Positions 44,641 through 55,256 of a DNA stretch of 64,000 nucleotides are shown here, piece by piece. How positions within the stretch are numbered: position 1 is the first letter of the stretch; every line of letters starts with the position of its first letter. A program made the translations under genes and the position numbers. The notes under the pieces were generated by a model, which was not told the origin of the DNA, did not search any database, and saw only the letters and a program-made list of their open reading frames with translations. This stretch comes from Gammaproteobacteria bacterium (GTDB taxonomy: Bacteria > Pseudomonadota > Gammaproteobacteria > JACCYU01). The DNA lies in contig JBOIDC010000011.1 in assembly GCA_050740315.1 (NCBI GenBank), positions 1,110-65,109 of the forward strand, in the 5' to 3' direction.

Positions 44641-45570
44641 ATGCGCCTGATTTTCGCGGGCACGCCGGAATTCGCGCTACCCGCGTTGCACGCCTTGACC
44701 CATTCACCACACGATGTCGTCGCGGTTTTCACGCAACCTGACCGCGTGGCCGGACGTGGCCCGAAGCTGCGCGCAAGCCCGGTCAAGCGTTTCGCGGATC
44801 AACGGGACTTACCGACTTATCAGCCCGTCAGCCTTCGTTCGCGTGACATCAGCCAAACTATTCTCGGTTTGGGTGCCGACGTCATGGTGGTGGCCGCATA
44901 TGGCCTGCTGTTGCCCGAGGAGGTGCTGAATGCGCCGCGGCTGGGCTGCATCAACATTCATGCGTCGCTGTTGCCGCGCTGGCGCGGCGCGGCACCGGTG
45001 CAGCGCGCGCTCCTGGCGGGCGACAAGCAAACAGGCGTGACGATCATGCAGATGGCGGCCGGGCTGGACACAGGCGATATCCTGATCAAGCGCACAACGC
45101 CTATCACGGATAGGGACACCGCTGCGAGCCTGCACGACCGCCTGGCGGATATCGGCGCAGAGGCGGTGCTGGTCGCGCTGGAAGGCTTACAAAGTGGCGC
45201 CTTGACGCCCCAGCCGCAGGACGATCGGCATGCCACTTATGCGGCCAAGCTCGAAAAAGCCGAGGCCGAGATCGACTGGCGCAATGGCGCCGAAGCGTTG
45301 TCACGCCAGGTTCGCGCGCTGACGCCCTGGCCGGTCGCCCAGACTCGTTTTCGGGGCGAACCGCTGCGGATCTGGCAGGCCATGGTGTTGGCGCAGGCAG
45401 CTACCGAACCACCCGGTCGTGTGATTGCCGCCAAGCCGCAAGGCATTGATATCGCGACCGGTAACGGCGTTCTGCGGCTGCTCAGGTTGCAGCTGCCGGG
45501 AAGACGGCCGATCACGGCCGCTGATTTCGTCAATGCCCATGCGGTCGAAGGGATGGGTTTCCCCTGCTGA
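44641..45570 (+). CDS. fmt: Methionyl-tRNA formyltransferase.
   Basis: [12 protein letters not shown]...[16 protein letters not shown]. Confidence 0.92.
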   Translation: MRLIFAGTPEFALPALHALTHSPHDVVAVFTQPDRVAGRGPKLRASPVKRFADQRDLPTYQPVSLRSRDISQTILGLGADVMVVAAYGLLLPEEVLNAPRLGCINIHASLLPRWRGAAPVQRALLAGDKQTGVTIMQMAAGLDTGDILIKRTTPITDRDTAASLHDRLADIGAEAVLVALEGLQSGALTPQPQDDRHATYAAKLEKAEAEIDWRNGAEALSRQVRALTPWPVAQTRFRGEPLRIWQAMVLAQAATEPPGRVIAAKPQGIDIATGNGVLRLLRLQLPGRRPITAADFVNAHAVEGMGFPC

Positions 45571-45613
45571 TCGTCACACGAGTTTGGCCACCTCTACGAA
45601 AACGCAGCGCGCG

Positions 45614-46882
45614 ATGCCAGCACGCGCCGTCGCGGCGCGAGTGCTACGTCGCGTTGTGGTTGGTCGTGAATCGTTGTCCCGTGCCCTGGCGACCGAACTC
45701 AGTCAGGTCGCTTCGAATGAACAGGCGCTGTTGAAAGAACTATGCTTCGGCGTATTGCGCTGGCACGTGCGGCTCAGCGCGATCCGTGATCGGCTGCTCG
45801 CCAGGCCGCTCAAGCATAAAGACCTGGACATCGCGGCTCTGATCGAGGTTGGTTTGTATCAACTCATCTATATGCGCCTGCCCGCGCACGCCAGCGTGGA
45901 CCAGACAGTTCGCGCCGCGGATGCGCTGAACAAGCCCTGGGCCAAGGCCGTCATCAATGCGGTGTTGCGTAACTTCCAGCGTCAGCGCAATGCATTATTG
46001 TGTGCCCTGGATCAGCCGCCGGAAATTCGCCTCTCTCATCCTTCCTGGTTGTTGAAGCGCCTAAAACATGCCTATCCGGACGATTGGGAGCGGATCTGTC
46101 ACGCCGCGAACGCGCATCCGCCGATGACGCTGCGTGTCAACACCTGCGTTGTCAGCCGCGACGATTATCTGTTGCAACTGAAAACCGCCGGACTGGCGGC
46201 GCACGCGCATGCATCCGTCGCCAGCGCGATTACGCTGGCGCGTCCGATTGACGTGCGCTGCGTGCCGGGCTTCATGGCGGGCGCCGTGAGCGTACAGGAT
46301 GCGGCGGCGCAACTCGCCGCGCCGTTGCTGCGCTGCGAAAGCGGGATGCGCGTACTGGATGCCTGCGCCGCGCCGGGCGGCAAGGCGGCGCATTTGCTGG
46401 AGTTTTTCCAGGGAGACATCGACCTCGTCCTGGTTGAAACCGACGCAGAACGCGCGCGGCTTCTGCAAACCACGTTGAGTCGTGGCGGCTGGCAAGCTGA
46501 ATTACATGTCGCCGATGCGGCCTGTCCAGAAAATTGGTGGGATGGAACACAATTCGACCGCATTCTGTTAGATGCGCCATGCTCCGGCACCGGGGTGATT
46601 CGCCGGCATCCCGACATCAAGCAGCTACGCACACCGGGGGACATAGGGTCGCTGCGCCGGCGCCAGCTGCGGTTGCTGCGGGCCCTCTGGCCGTTACTGG
46701 ACGACGAGGGTATGCTGTTATATGCGACGTGTTCAATATTGCCCGAAGAAAACGCGCAAGTCATAGCGGCCTTTATGCGCGAATACTCGGCTCGATTGAT
46801 TGATACACGCATCATCCTGCCCGGCGACGCGGATAGAGACGGATTTTACTATGCCCTGCTGGGGAAAGGGTCCGCGGTGTAG
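45614..46882 (+). CDS. rsmB: 16S rRNA (cytosine967-C5)-methyltransferase.
   Basis: NusB-like N-terminus, then VLDACAAPGGK...DAPCSGTGV...YATCS. Confidence 0.88.
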   Translation: MPARAVAARVLRRVVVGRESLSRALATELSQVASNEQALLKELCFGVLRWHVRLSAIRDRLLARPLKHKDLDIAALIEVGLYQLIYMRLPAHASVDQTVRAADALNKPWAKAVINAVLRNFQRQRNALLCALDQPPEIRLSHPSWLLKRLKHAYPDDWERICHAANAHPPMTLRVNTCVVSRDDYLLQLKTAGLAAHAHASVASAITLARPIDVRCVPGFMAGAVSVQDAAAQLAAPLLRCESGMRVLDACAAPGGKAAHLLEFFQGDIDLVLVETDAERARLLQTTLSRGGWQAELHVADAACPENWWDGTQFDRILLDAPCSGTGVIRRHPDIKQLRTPGDIGSLRRRQLRLLRALWPLLDDEGMLLYATCSILPEENAQVIAAFMREYSARLIDTRIILPGDADRDGFYYALLGKGSAV

Positions 46883-46961
46883 GATGGACGCGCCTATCGA
46901 GATTGCGGAGTAATGCCAGCTTCATATTGATGCGTAGGGGGCACTCGCTCCAAGCAGAGAC

Positions 46962-47558
46962 ATGTTAATCGCTGAACGACAAGCTGGTTTTCGACGTCAG
47001 TTCGTCAGTCTGTCGCTTTTGTTCATACTGGGATGCGTTGCGTTCGGGTTGCCCGCGGCGGAGGCCGGCGCGTCCGGGTTCCGAATATTAAACGCGGATA
47101 CCCGGCTTGTAGATGGCGTCTATCGGTTAAACGCGGCGATCGATTACGATCTCACCGCGCCGGTACGAGAGGCGTTGCTCAACGGCATCGCGCTGGTGTT
47201 CGAGATTCAGATAGGGGTGTTTCGCGGGCGCCCATACTGGTGGGATGCCAGTGTCGCCGATCTCAAGCAAAGTCATCGGCTCAGCTATCACGCCTTGAGC
47301 CGTCAATTCGTCGTCGAAAATCTCAATACAGGGTTACAGCAGACGTTTTCCGATTTGCCTTCCGCCTTGCGTCACCAAGGCGCGGTGCGGCAATTGCCAT
47401 TGATCGACGCGGCGCTGCTCGATAAAAATCAGACCTATACCGCGAGCTTGCAGGCGCGGCTGGCGATTAATGAGCTGCCGCTGCCCATACGTGTCAGCGC
47501 ATATCTTTCGCGCGCATGGCGGCTTACTTCCAGGTGGTACACGTGGGATTTGACGTGA
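46962..47558 (+). CDS. DUF4390 domain protein.
   Basis: Signal/TM N-terminus. It sits between rsmB and ntrY, the conserved DUF4390 position. The stop overlaps a GTG candidate start of ntrY. Confidence 0.55.
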   Translation: MLIAERQAGFRRQFVSLSLLFILGCVAFGLPAAEAGASGFRILNADTRLVDGVYRLNAAIDYDLTAPVREALLNGIALVFEIQIGVFRGRPYWWDASVADLKQSHRLSYHALSRQFVVENLNTGLQQTFSDLPSALRHQGAVRQLPLIDAALLDKNQTYTASLQARLAINELPLPIRVSAYLSRAWRLTSRWYTWDLT

Positions 47559-49747
47559 AACGCGCATCCATCAGTCTGATCCCGGTACTCGGCCTGTTCG
47601 CCGTGCTGCTGGTGTCGCTATACCTGATGGCAGACGCGACCGATAACGCCACGCGCTTCGGGCGCTCCTATACGTGGCTGCTGGTACTCAACACGCTGGT
47701 GCTGATCGTGCTGGTTTATCTGATCGGCGCGAACCTGATCGGTTTGATCCGGCAAGTCATGGCGCGGCAGCCCGGCGCCCGCCTGACGGCGCGTCTGATG
47801 CTGATGTCGATCGTGTTGGCGGTCGTGCCGGTGGCGATTGTGTTTACGTTTTCCATCCGGATGCTCGACCGGGGCATCGACAGCTGGTTTGACGTGCGGG
47901 TGGACAACGCGCTGCAGGATGCGCTGGAGTTGAGCCGCTCGTCGCTGGATCTGGTCATGCGCCAGCTCAAGCATCAGACCGAACCCATGGCGAAATTCCT
48001 GGCCGGTGTGCCCGATGCGCTGGCGCCGCTTAATCTGCACGATTTGTTGCGCGACAGTGGCGCGGTGGAGCTGACCTTGTTCGGCGCCGACAGCCGCATC
48101 ATCGCCACCAGCAGCGAAGTGTCGTCTGCGATCGTGCCGCAGCTGCCCAGCGATACTATCCTGCGCCTGGTCAATCAGGGACAACGCTATGTGGGGCTGG
48201 ATCCGGACAAGCATTCGAACCTGCGCATTCGAGTGGTCGTTCCGGTGCCGAATTCCGCGATCAGCTCAGAACCGCGGTTTTTGCAGGCGCTGTATCCGCT
48301 GACCGATCGCATCAGCGCATTGGCCGGCAGTGTGGAAGGCGCGTTTGGCCAATACAACGAACTGGTTTATCTGCGCGAGCCGCTGAAACAGAGCTTTATG
48401 CTCACCTTGTCGCTGGTGCTGCTGCTGGGATTGCTGTTTGCGGTGTGGGCGGCGTTTTATTCGTCCCGGCGGCTCATGGCGCCGATCAGCGAGCTGGCCG
48501 AAGGCACCAAGGCCGTCGCGGCAGGCGAGTATCACAAACGCTTGCCGGTTGCGAGCCAGGACGATCTTGGCCTGCTGGTGCAGTCCTTCAATCAAATGAC
48601 CGAAAAGCTGTCGGCGGCACGGGATGCGGCCGACCGCAGTCAGCGGTTGGTGGAAAGTCAGCGCGCTTACCTGCAAACGTTGCTGGAGCACTTGTCCTCC
48701 GGCGTCATGAGCCTGGATAAAGATCGTATACTGCGTACCGTGAATGCCGCGGCCAGTCAGATCCTGGGGCTGGATCTGGAAGCCTATCAGGAGCGTAGAT
48801 TCACCGACCTGGGCCGTGAGCATCCAATGCTTGCGCGCTTTTGCGAGATCCTGGAGCCACTCGTTGCGAACGCGCGCGGAGAGTGGCAGGAACAAATGGT
48901 GTTATTCAGTGCTAATGGACGTAAGATATTGATCTGCCGTGGGGCGCCGTTACCGGCGGATGGAGGCTTGTCCGGCGGGCATGTGGTAGTGTTCGACGAT
49001 ATTACTGCGCTGGTGCAGGCGCAGCGCGACGCGGCCTGGGGGGATGTCGCGCGCCGCTTGGCGCATGAGATCAAAAATCCGCTGACACCGATCCAGCTGT
49101 CGGCAGAACGTCTGCGCCGCAAGCTCCTGCCGCAGCTCAGTCGCAACGACGCCGAGGTCGTCGACCGCGCCACGCATACCATCGTGCAACAGGTCGAATC
49201 TATGAAAACCATGGTCAACGCCTTCAGAGACTACGCGCGGCCGCCTGCCATGCAGGTTGCGCCGCTGGACTTCAACAAACTGATACTGGAAATGGTTGAG
49301 CTATACCGGGCCAATCCGGTCGGTGCCCGGCTGGAGCTCGATCTCGACCAGAGCGCGCCGCAGATCAATGGGGATTCGGTGCGCATCCGCCAGTTGCTGC
49401 ATAATCTGATCAAGAATTCTCTGGAGGCATTGGAGGGTTATAAACAAGGCGTGCTGCGCATTTCCACCCGCTGCATTGAGGATGGCGGCAGCCAGTTTCT
49501 GGATATGCGCGTAGCCGACAACGGCCCCGGTTTCCCGGCCACCTTGCTGGACCGGCTGTTCGAGCCTTACGTAACCAGCAAGGTCAAAGGCAATGGTTTG
49601 GGGCTCGCCATCGTTAAAAAGATCGTTGAGGAGCATGGTGGCATGGTATGGGCACAGAATACTCGCAAGGGCGGCGCGTGCGTCCTGATCCGGCTGTTGC
49701 CGTTAAGCGCCGATCAGCATCCTAAACTCGAAGGGGACGCGGCATGA
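47516..49747 (+). CDS. ntrY: NtrY-like sensor histidine kinase (4TM-HAMP-PAS-HisKA-HATPase).
   Basis: N-terminal TM segments, an H-box HEIKNPLTPIQLSAERL, then N, G1 and G2 boxes (...NGLGLAIVKKIVEEHGG). A GTG at 47555 would give a GTGA overlap with the upstream gene. Confidence 0.85.
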   Translation: MAAYFQVVHVGFDVKRASISLIPVLGLFAVLLVSLYLMADATDNATRFGRSYTWLLVLNTLVLIVLVYLIGANLIGLIRQVMARQPGARLTARLMLMSIVLAVVPVAIVFTFSIRMLDRGIDSWFDVRVDNALQDALELSRSSLDLVMRQLKHQTEPMAKFLAGVPDALAPLNLHDLLRDSGAVELTLFGADSRIIATSSEVSSAIVPQLPSDTILRLVNQGQRYVGLDPDKHSNLRIRVVVPVPNSAISSEPRFLQALYPLTDRISALAGSVEGAFGQYNELVYLREPLKQSFMLTLSLVLLLGLLFAVWAAFYSSRRLMAPISELAEGTKAVAAGEYHKRLPVASQDDLGLLVQSFNQMTEKLSAARDAADRSQRLVESQRAYLQTLLEHLSSGVMSLDKDRILRTVNAAASQILGLDLEAYQERRFTDLGREHPMLARFCEILEPLVANARGEWQEQMVLFSANGRKILICRGAPLPADGGLSGGHVVVFDDITALVQAQRDAAWGDVARRLAHEIKNPLTPIQLSAERLRRKLLPQLSRNDAEVVDRATHTIVQQVESMKTMVNAFRDYARPPAMQVAPLDFNKLILEMVELYRANPVGARLELDLDQSAPQINGDSVRIRQLLHNLIKNSLEALEGYKQGVLRISTRCIEDGGSQFLDMRVADNGPGFPATLLDRLFEPYVTSKVKGNGLGLAIVKKIVEEHGGMVWAQNTRKGGACVLIRLLPLSADQHPKLEGDAA

Positions 49748-51105
49748 GCGCATCGCATATTCTGGTCGTGGACGATGAACCGGATATCCGCAATCTGGTG
49801 CAGGAAATCCTGTCCGACGAGGGCTACGAGGTGGATGTCGCCGCCGATGCGTCCAGTGCGCGTGAAAGCCGCCGGCTGCGCAGGCCCGACCTGGTGTTGC
49901 TGGACATCTGGATGCCCGGCGAAGACGGCATCACGTTGCTCAAGGAATGGCAGGATGGGGGCGGACTGTCGTGCCCGGTGATCATCATGTCCGGGCATGG
50001 TACGGTGGAAACCGCGGTGGAGGCGACCCGGCTGGGCGCCTACGATTTTATCGAGAAGCCACTCACCCTGGCGAAGCTGTTGCTGTCTGTGCGCCGCGCG
50101 CTGGAGAGCGATCAGCAGCAACGCGAAAGCGCTCAACTGGGCGATCAGCCGTATCTGAGCGAGCCCATTGGCTCCAGCGTCATGATGCAGCAGCTGCGCG
50201 CGCAGGCCCGGCGCATTGCGCAGCATGATTCTTGGGTGCTGATTACCGGCGAGCCCGGCGTCGGCAAGGAAACCATCGCACGCTACATCCACTCGCTGAG
50301 CCCGCGCAACGACCGCCCGTTTGTCAGTGCCGCCGCCGCCGCGCTCGATTCGACCGCGGAACTGCTGGGCTCTGCCGATACCGACGGCGTGGTGCGTCAA
50401 GGTGTGCTGGAACAGGCCAGTGGCGGCGTGTTCTTCTTAGACGAAGTCGGAGACATGGGGCTTGAGGTACAAAGCCGCCTGTTAAACGTCCTGGAAGGGC
50501 AGAACTCTGCGCGCGTGGGCGACAGTCGGCCGAGCGGCCTCGATGTCCGTGTCATGGCCGCCAGTCAGCGCGATCTGCAAGCGGAAGTGCGGGCCGGCCG
50601 TATGCGCGAGGACCTGTATTACCGGCTCAACGTGGTGCCACTGCGGGTGCCGGCATTGCGCGAGCATGCCGAAGATATCCCCGAGCTGCTGAATTATTAT
50701 GTCGATTTTTATTGCGGACGCGAAGGATTGCCGTACCGGCGTTTCGCCATCCCCGCGCAGAACCGGCTGCGTCATTATGCATGGCCGGGCAATACCCGCG
50801 AGCTGCGCAATCTGGTGCAGCGGCTGTTGATCATGGGAACCTCCGAGCAGATCGCCGCCAGTGAGGTCGAGCTGGCGTTGGGCCAGCAGGCCGAGAAGAA
50901 TCAGGACGAGCCGCAATGGCAGCAGAATGTGTTCGAATTGCCGTTGCGCGAGGCGCGCGAGGAGTTCGAACGCAGCTATCTGTTGCACCAGCTCAAACAG
51001 TGCCGGGGCAGCGTCAGTCGGCTGTCGCAGCGCGTCGGCATGGAACGCACGCATCTCTATCGCAAGCTGCGTGCCCTGGGCATCAACCCCAAAGAAGTTG
51101 ACTGA
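49744..51105 (+). CDS. ntrX: NtrX-like sigma-54-family response regulator (REC-AAA-HTH).
   Basis: ILVVDDEPDIRNL...LLDIWMPGEDG (REC), Walker A GEPGVGKE, C-terminal Fis-type HTH. It overlaps the ntrY stop. Confidence 0.85.
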   Translation: MSASHILVVDDEPDIRNLVQEILSDEGYEVDVAADASSARESRRLRRPDLVLLDIWMPGEDGITLLKEWQDGGGLSCPVIIMSGHGTVETAVEATRLGAYDFIEKPLTLAKLLLSVRRALESDQQQRESAQLGDQPYLSEPIGSSVMMQQLRAQARRIAQHDSWVLITGEPGVGKETIARYIHSLSPRNDRPFVSAAAAALDSTAELLGSADTDGVVRQGVLEQASGGVFFLDEVGDMGLEVQSRLLNVLEGQNSARVGDSRPSGLDVRVMAASQRDLQAEVRAGRMREDLYYRLNVVPLRVPALREHAEDIPELLNYYVDFYCGREGLPYRRFAIPAQNRLRHYAWPGNTRELRNLVQRLLIMGTSEQIAASEVELALGQQAEKNQDEPQWQQNVFELPLREAREEFERSYLLHQLKQCRGSVSRLSQRVGMERTHLYRKLRALGINPKEVD

Positions 51106-51203
51106 CAGCATTCCCTGTAGCGCGCCTGTTATGCGCTATGGCCCGCTTCAGGGTACTCCGGCGCAGGCCGGAATAGTCGTCAACCTTCAACTTTGCAACT
51201 TTC

Positions 51204-51794
51204 ATGGCGGCGGCCGACAAATGGGATGCGCGCTATCGCGATCAGGGCATCGACGCGCCCCAGCCCGCGCGCGTCTTGCGCGACATGGCGCATCTGCTGC
51301 CCGCATCCGGCCGCGCGCTGGATCTGGCCTGCGGGCTCGGCGCCAATGGTTTGTTTATGGCGCGGCGCGGCTTGTCGGTGGACGCGTACGATCTGTCCAC
51401 AGTGGTGGTGGACAAGCTCAATGATCTCGCGCGCCGCGATAACCTCTCGCTCGCGGCCTCTTGTCGCGATGTGGAGCACACGCCGCCTGCGTCCGAAAGC
51501 TTTGACGTGGTGGTGGTCTCGTATTTTTTGTCGCGCCCGCTCATGCGCGCCCTGACCGAGGCACTGCGTCCTCACGGCCTGCTTTTCTATCAGACCTTCA
51601 TCCGCGACAGTATCGATGTCTCCGGGCCGGCGAATCCGGCTTATCGGCTTGACTCCAACGAGCTGCTGCACGCGTTCGCGCCGCTGCGAATACTCTTTTA
51701 TCGCGAGGAAGGCCGTGTCGGCGATGTCTCGCGGGGCTTCCGCAACGAAGCAATGCTGGTGGGCCAGAAGCCGGCCGGTGAGGGCGCATCGTGA
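51204..51794 (+). CDS. Class I SAM-dependent methyltransferase (TehB-like).
   Basis: RALDLACGLGANGLFMARRG (motif I) ...FDVVVVSYFL. Confidence 0.65.
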   Translation: MAAADKWDARYRDQGIDAPQPARVLRDMAHLLPASGRALDLACGLGANGLFMARRGLSVDAYDLSTVVVDKLNDLARRDNLSLAASCRDVEHTPPASESFDVVVVSYFLSRPLMRALTEALRPHGLLFYQTFIRDSIDVSGPANPAYRLDSNELLHAFAPLRILFYREEGRVGDVSRGFRNEAMLVGQKPAGEGAS

Positions 51795-51885
51795 AGCGCC
51801 GGAAGCGGCGGCGCAGCGGCCCCGTGCGTACCGATGTCCCATGCGGTTATGGATGATTCCCATCGTCGCCGACCGCGCGCGCGCC

Positions 51886-52764
51886 TTAATATAGCTGCGG
51901 CGCGCCCGGCGGCCGGTCCTTGAAGCGTTTGTAGCTCCAGCCATACTGCTCGGGGCACTCTCGCACCATGCGTTCCACGCTTGAGTTCACCGCGGCGGCG
52001 GCAGTGACGGGATTCGGATCATAGATGTCGTCGCCGACGCGCCGGTAATGGACGCAGAAGCCAGCTGCTTTTTTCAGCCGCTGCCCGTACATGAAGATCA
52101 CGGGCACGCGTCGCTTGCGGGCCAGGCGCGCGATCAGCACCATGGTGTACGCATCGATTCCAAAGAATGGCGCATATATACCGTTGCCGGGGTTCGGCAC
52201 CTGATCGGGCAGGATGCCCACACATTGCTGCTCATCGAGCGCCCTGACCAGCGATTTGATGCCGTGCGCCTCGGTCGGCACCAGGCGCGCACCCGTGTGT
52301 TCCCTGCCGACGCGCATTATGTTCTCCAGCGACTGAAGCCGGGGCGGACGGTAGAGGCTGGTGATGGCGCTCTGCGTCGCGCTGTACAATCCGCACAATT
52401 CCCAGCTGCCCAGATGCGGCGCCGCGAGGATCACGCCGCGGTTTTGCGCCACGGCCTCGTCCATGGTCGCTTGTCCGGTCCTTTGTTTAACCAACGCGTC
52501 GATGCGATCCGCGCCCGCACGCCACAGATAAGGCGCCTCGGCTAAGGATTTGCCCGTCTCGATGAGGCTTGCGCGCGCGATGCGCCTTCGCCAGTCAGGA
52601 GTCCGCTCAGGAAAACACAGCGCAAGATTGATATCGGTAACGCGCCGCATGCGCGTGGGCATGATATAGATACATAAACCTGCTATCGCGCCAAGACCGT
52701 GCGCTATGCGTAACGGCAACAGCGACAACAACTTGAGTAGCGACGGGATTAACAGCTTGTGCAT
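51886..52764 (-). CDS. Lipid A biosynthesis lauroyl/myristoyl acyltransferase family (LpxL/HtrB-like).
   Basis: MHKLLIPSLLKLLSLLPLRIAHGLGA... N-terminus; HX4D-family acyltransferase region (...PHLGSWE...). The ATG is at 52762-52764. Confidence 0.7.
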   Translation of the reverse strand: MHKLLIPSLLKLLSLLPLRIAHGLGAIAGLCIYIMPTRMRRVTDINLALCFPERTPDWRRRIARASLIETGKSLAEAPYLWRAGADRIDALVKQRTGQATMDEAVAQNRGVILAAPHLGSWELCGLYSATQSAITSLYRPPRLQSLENIMRVGREHTGARLVPTEAHGIKSLVRALDEQQCVGILPDQVPNPGNGIYAPFFGIDAYTMVLIARLARKRRVPVIFMYGQRLKKAAGFCVHYRRVGDDIYDPNPVTAAAAVNSSVERMVRECPEQYGWSYKRFKDRPPGAPQLY

Positions 52765-52808
52765 CACGACGAAGGCGCAAGCGCCATCGACGCCGGTGAT
52801 ATTGATCC

Positions 52809-53594
52809 TCAGCCGGCATCCGCCAGTCGAGCTCGCAGGGGCGCATCTTTGGTGTTTTCCAGGCCTATGGCCATCAGCGGCTTGAGCGTCGACAGCAGGC
52901 TTTTGAACAGGCGCGGATTGGCTTGTTCCTGGGTGGCGAGCAGCGACTTCATGTGCATGCGCTGCATGGGCATGCCGAAGCAGGCCGGACAGTTTTCCGG
53001 AATGACGGGCAGCCGCCATTCCTGCGCGAACGCCGCCGTCTGGCGTTCGCGTGCGTACACCAGCGGGCGGATCACGCGCAGATCGCCGGCGTCGACGCGA
53101 TAATGCGCCTTCATGGTCTTAAGCCGGCCGCCGTGGAAGGCGGCGAGCATGAAGCTTTCCGCCAGATCGTCGAGATGCTGGCCCAGCGCCAGCACATTGT
53201 AGCCCTGCGCTCGCGCCACGCCGTACATCACCCCGCGCTTCATGCGCGAGCAAAACGCGCAGTAAGACGCGTTGTCCATGTGCTCGGTGGCAATCTTCAG
53301 GATCGGTTTGCGCTGGTAGTAATACGGCACCTCCAGCTGCTCCATGTAAGGAATGAGCGGGGACGGATCGTAGACTTCTGACTGCGGGTCCACCGTAACC
53401 GCACCGAGCTCGAAACGAATCGGCGCGCGCGTTTGCAAGCGCAATAACAGATGCAACAGGCTCAAAGAATCCTTGCCGCCGGACAATCCCAGCAGGATAC
53501 GGTCGCCCGCGCGGATCATCTCGTAATCCGCGATCGCCTTGCCGGCGAGTCGCAACAGTGATTTTGGGGGCCTTGCCGGGGGGATTGTTGACAT
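52809..53594 (-). CDS. ttcA: tRNA 2-thiocytidine(32) synthetase.
   Basis: ILLGLSGGKDS (PP-loop) ...CAFCSRMKRG...CPAC. Confidence 0.88.
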   Translation of the reverse strand: MSTIPPARPPKSLLRLAGKAIADYEMIRAGDRILLGLSGGKDSLSLLHLLLRLQTRAPIRFELGAVTVDPQSEVYDPSPLIPYMEQLEVPYYYQRKPILKIATEHMDNASYCAFCSRMKRGVMYGVARAQGYNVLALGQHLDDLAESFMLAAFHGGRLKTMKAHYRVDAGDLRVIRPLVYARERQTAAFAQEWRLPVIPENCPACFGMPMQRMHMKSLLATQEQANPRLFKSLLSTLKPLMAIGLENTKDAPLRARLADAG

Positions 53595-53790
53595 CGTTGA
53601 TTCTCAAGCCAGGATTTTGCAGCAATTTATCCCAGATCGAGCGAAGTTTGTAAACCGCAGGCGCACGGTTATCATATTTGTCGGGCCATCGCAGAGTGCG
53701 CGCGGGTGCGTCGTAACAAAGACCTGAAATCGGCGTCGGACCGTCGCTTCAGCAGGCGCGCGCCCGATCAAACCGGTTGAGAATAATAAG

Positions 53791-54741
53791 GTGCTATCGC
53801 TTCATACCAACACAAAGCCTTACCGGCAGTTCAGGCTTCCCGTCGAGGCGCCCCACGAGCTATACGTGGAAGAATGCGGGCGCCCGGATGGCCTGCCAGC
53901 CGTTTTTCTGCATGGCGGCCCGGGCGCCGGCTGCGAACCTTATCATCGCGGGTTTTTCAATCCCGAACGCTACCGCGTGGTGCTGTTCGATCAGCGGGGC
54001 GGCGGTCGCTCCAATCCTCATGCCGCGCTGGAAGGAAACAGCACGCCGCAATTGATAGCGGATATCGAGCGTCTTCGCCAGCATCTGGGCATCGACCGCT
54101 GGATCGTATTTGGCGGCTCGTGGGGCTCGACCTTGGGGCTGGCTTACGCGCAGGCGCACCCGGACAGGGTGCAGGGGCTGATATTGCGGGGCATATTCCT
54201 GTGCCGCAAACGCGATATTGACTGGTTCTATCAGGATGGCGCCAGCCGCATATTGCCGGATTACTGGCAGGATTTCCTCGAACCGATACCATCCGTGGAG
54301 CGCGGCAGCCTGATGTACGCGTACTACCGGCGCCTGACCGGCGACGATGAGGTGCAGCGCATGGCGGCCGCCAAGGCGTGGTCAATCTGGGAAGGGCGCG
54401 CGGCGACGTTGCGCGCCGACGCGGACGTGGTGGGACACTTCGCCGATCCCCATGTGGCACTGAGTCTGGCGCGCATCGAATGCCACTATTTCGTCAACAA
54501 CTGCTTTATGAGACCCAATCAGCTGCTGGACGAGGCGCACCGACTGCGGGATATCCCGGGCGTCATCGTGCACGGCCGCTACGACGTAGTGTGCCCGCTG
54601 GAGCAGGCGCTTGAACTGCATCACGTGTGGCCGGGCGCCGCGCTGAACATCGTACCCGATGCCGGCCATTCCGCTACCGAGCCGGGAACGGTCGATGCTT
54701 TGGTGCGCGCAACCGATGCGATGGCCGATCGCTTCGCGTGA
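53791..54741 (+). CDS. pip: Prolyl aminopeptidase (proline iminopeptidase).
   Basis: LHGGPGAG...GGSWGSTL...alpha/beta hydrolase with a catalytic histidine near the C-terminus. Confidence 0.88.
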   Translation: MLSLHTNTKPYRQFRLPVEAPHELYVEECGRPDGLPAVFLHGGPGAGCEPYHRGFFNPERYRVVLFDQRGGGRSNPHAALEGNSTPQLIADIERLRQHLGIDRWIVFGGSWGSTLGLAYAQAHPDRVQGLILRGIFLCRKRDIDWFYQDGASRILPDYWQDFLEPIPSVERGSLMYAYYRRLTGDDEVQRMAAAKAWSIWEGRAATLRADADVVGHFADPHVALSLARIECHYFVNNCFMRPNQLLDEAHRLRDIPGVIVHGRYDVVCPLEQALELHHVWPGAALNIVPDAGHSATEPGTVDALVRATDAMADRFA

Positions 54742-55190
54742 TCGGGCTTCTGCAACGCGTGGCGCAGGCCCGGATTGAAATCAACGATGTCTCGGTCGCG
54801 GCGATCGCGCGGGGTTTGCTGGTGATGGTGGCGGTCGAGCGTGGCGACGATACCCAGTGCGCCGACCGTCTGCTGGACCGCATTCTGGCCTACCGCGTAT
54901 TCGCGGATATCGAGGGGCGCATGAATCTCAGCCTGTCAGACACGGGCGGCGGGCTGCTGCTGGTTCCACAGTTCACCCTGGCGGCCGATACGCGCAAGGG
55001 CGCACGGCCCGGCTTTGCCGCCGCCGCGCCGCCGGAACACGGCGCGGCGCTGTTCGATTATCTCGCACGCCGCGCTCGCGGGCGACACGCTGTGGTCGAA
55101 ACCGGTTGCTTCGGCGCGCACATGCAGGTTCATCTGGTCAATGACGGGCCGGTCACGTTCTGGCTGCGGACCGCGCCGGCTGCGCGCTGA
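54738..55190 (+). CDS. dtd: D-aminoacyl-tRNA deacylase. GTG start overlapping the pip stop.
   Basis: VIGLLQRV...[12 protein letters not shown]...SGPVT-like conserved C-terminus. Confidence 0.85.
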   Translation: MIGLLQRVAQARIEINDVSVAAIARGLLVMVAVERGDDTQCADRLLDRILAYRVFADIEGRMNLSLSDTGGGLLLVPQFTLAADTRKGARPGFAAAAPPEHGAALFDYLARRARGRHAVVETGCFGAHMQVHLVNDGPVTFWLRTAPAAR

Positions 55191-55256
55191 TGCGCCCGGT
55201 GTTAAAACCGCGCGCCACGATGTATTCTTTGCGCTCAGCAGGTTACCTTACGCTCG

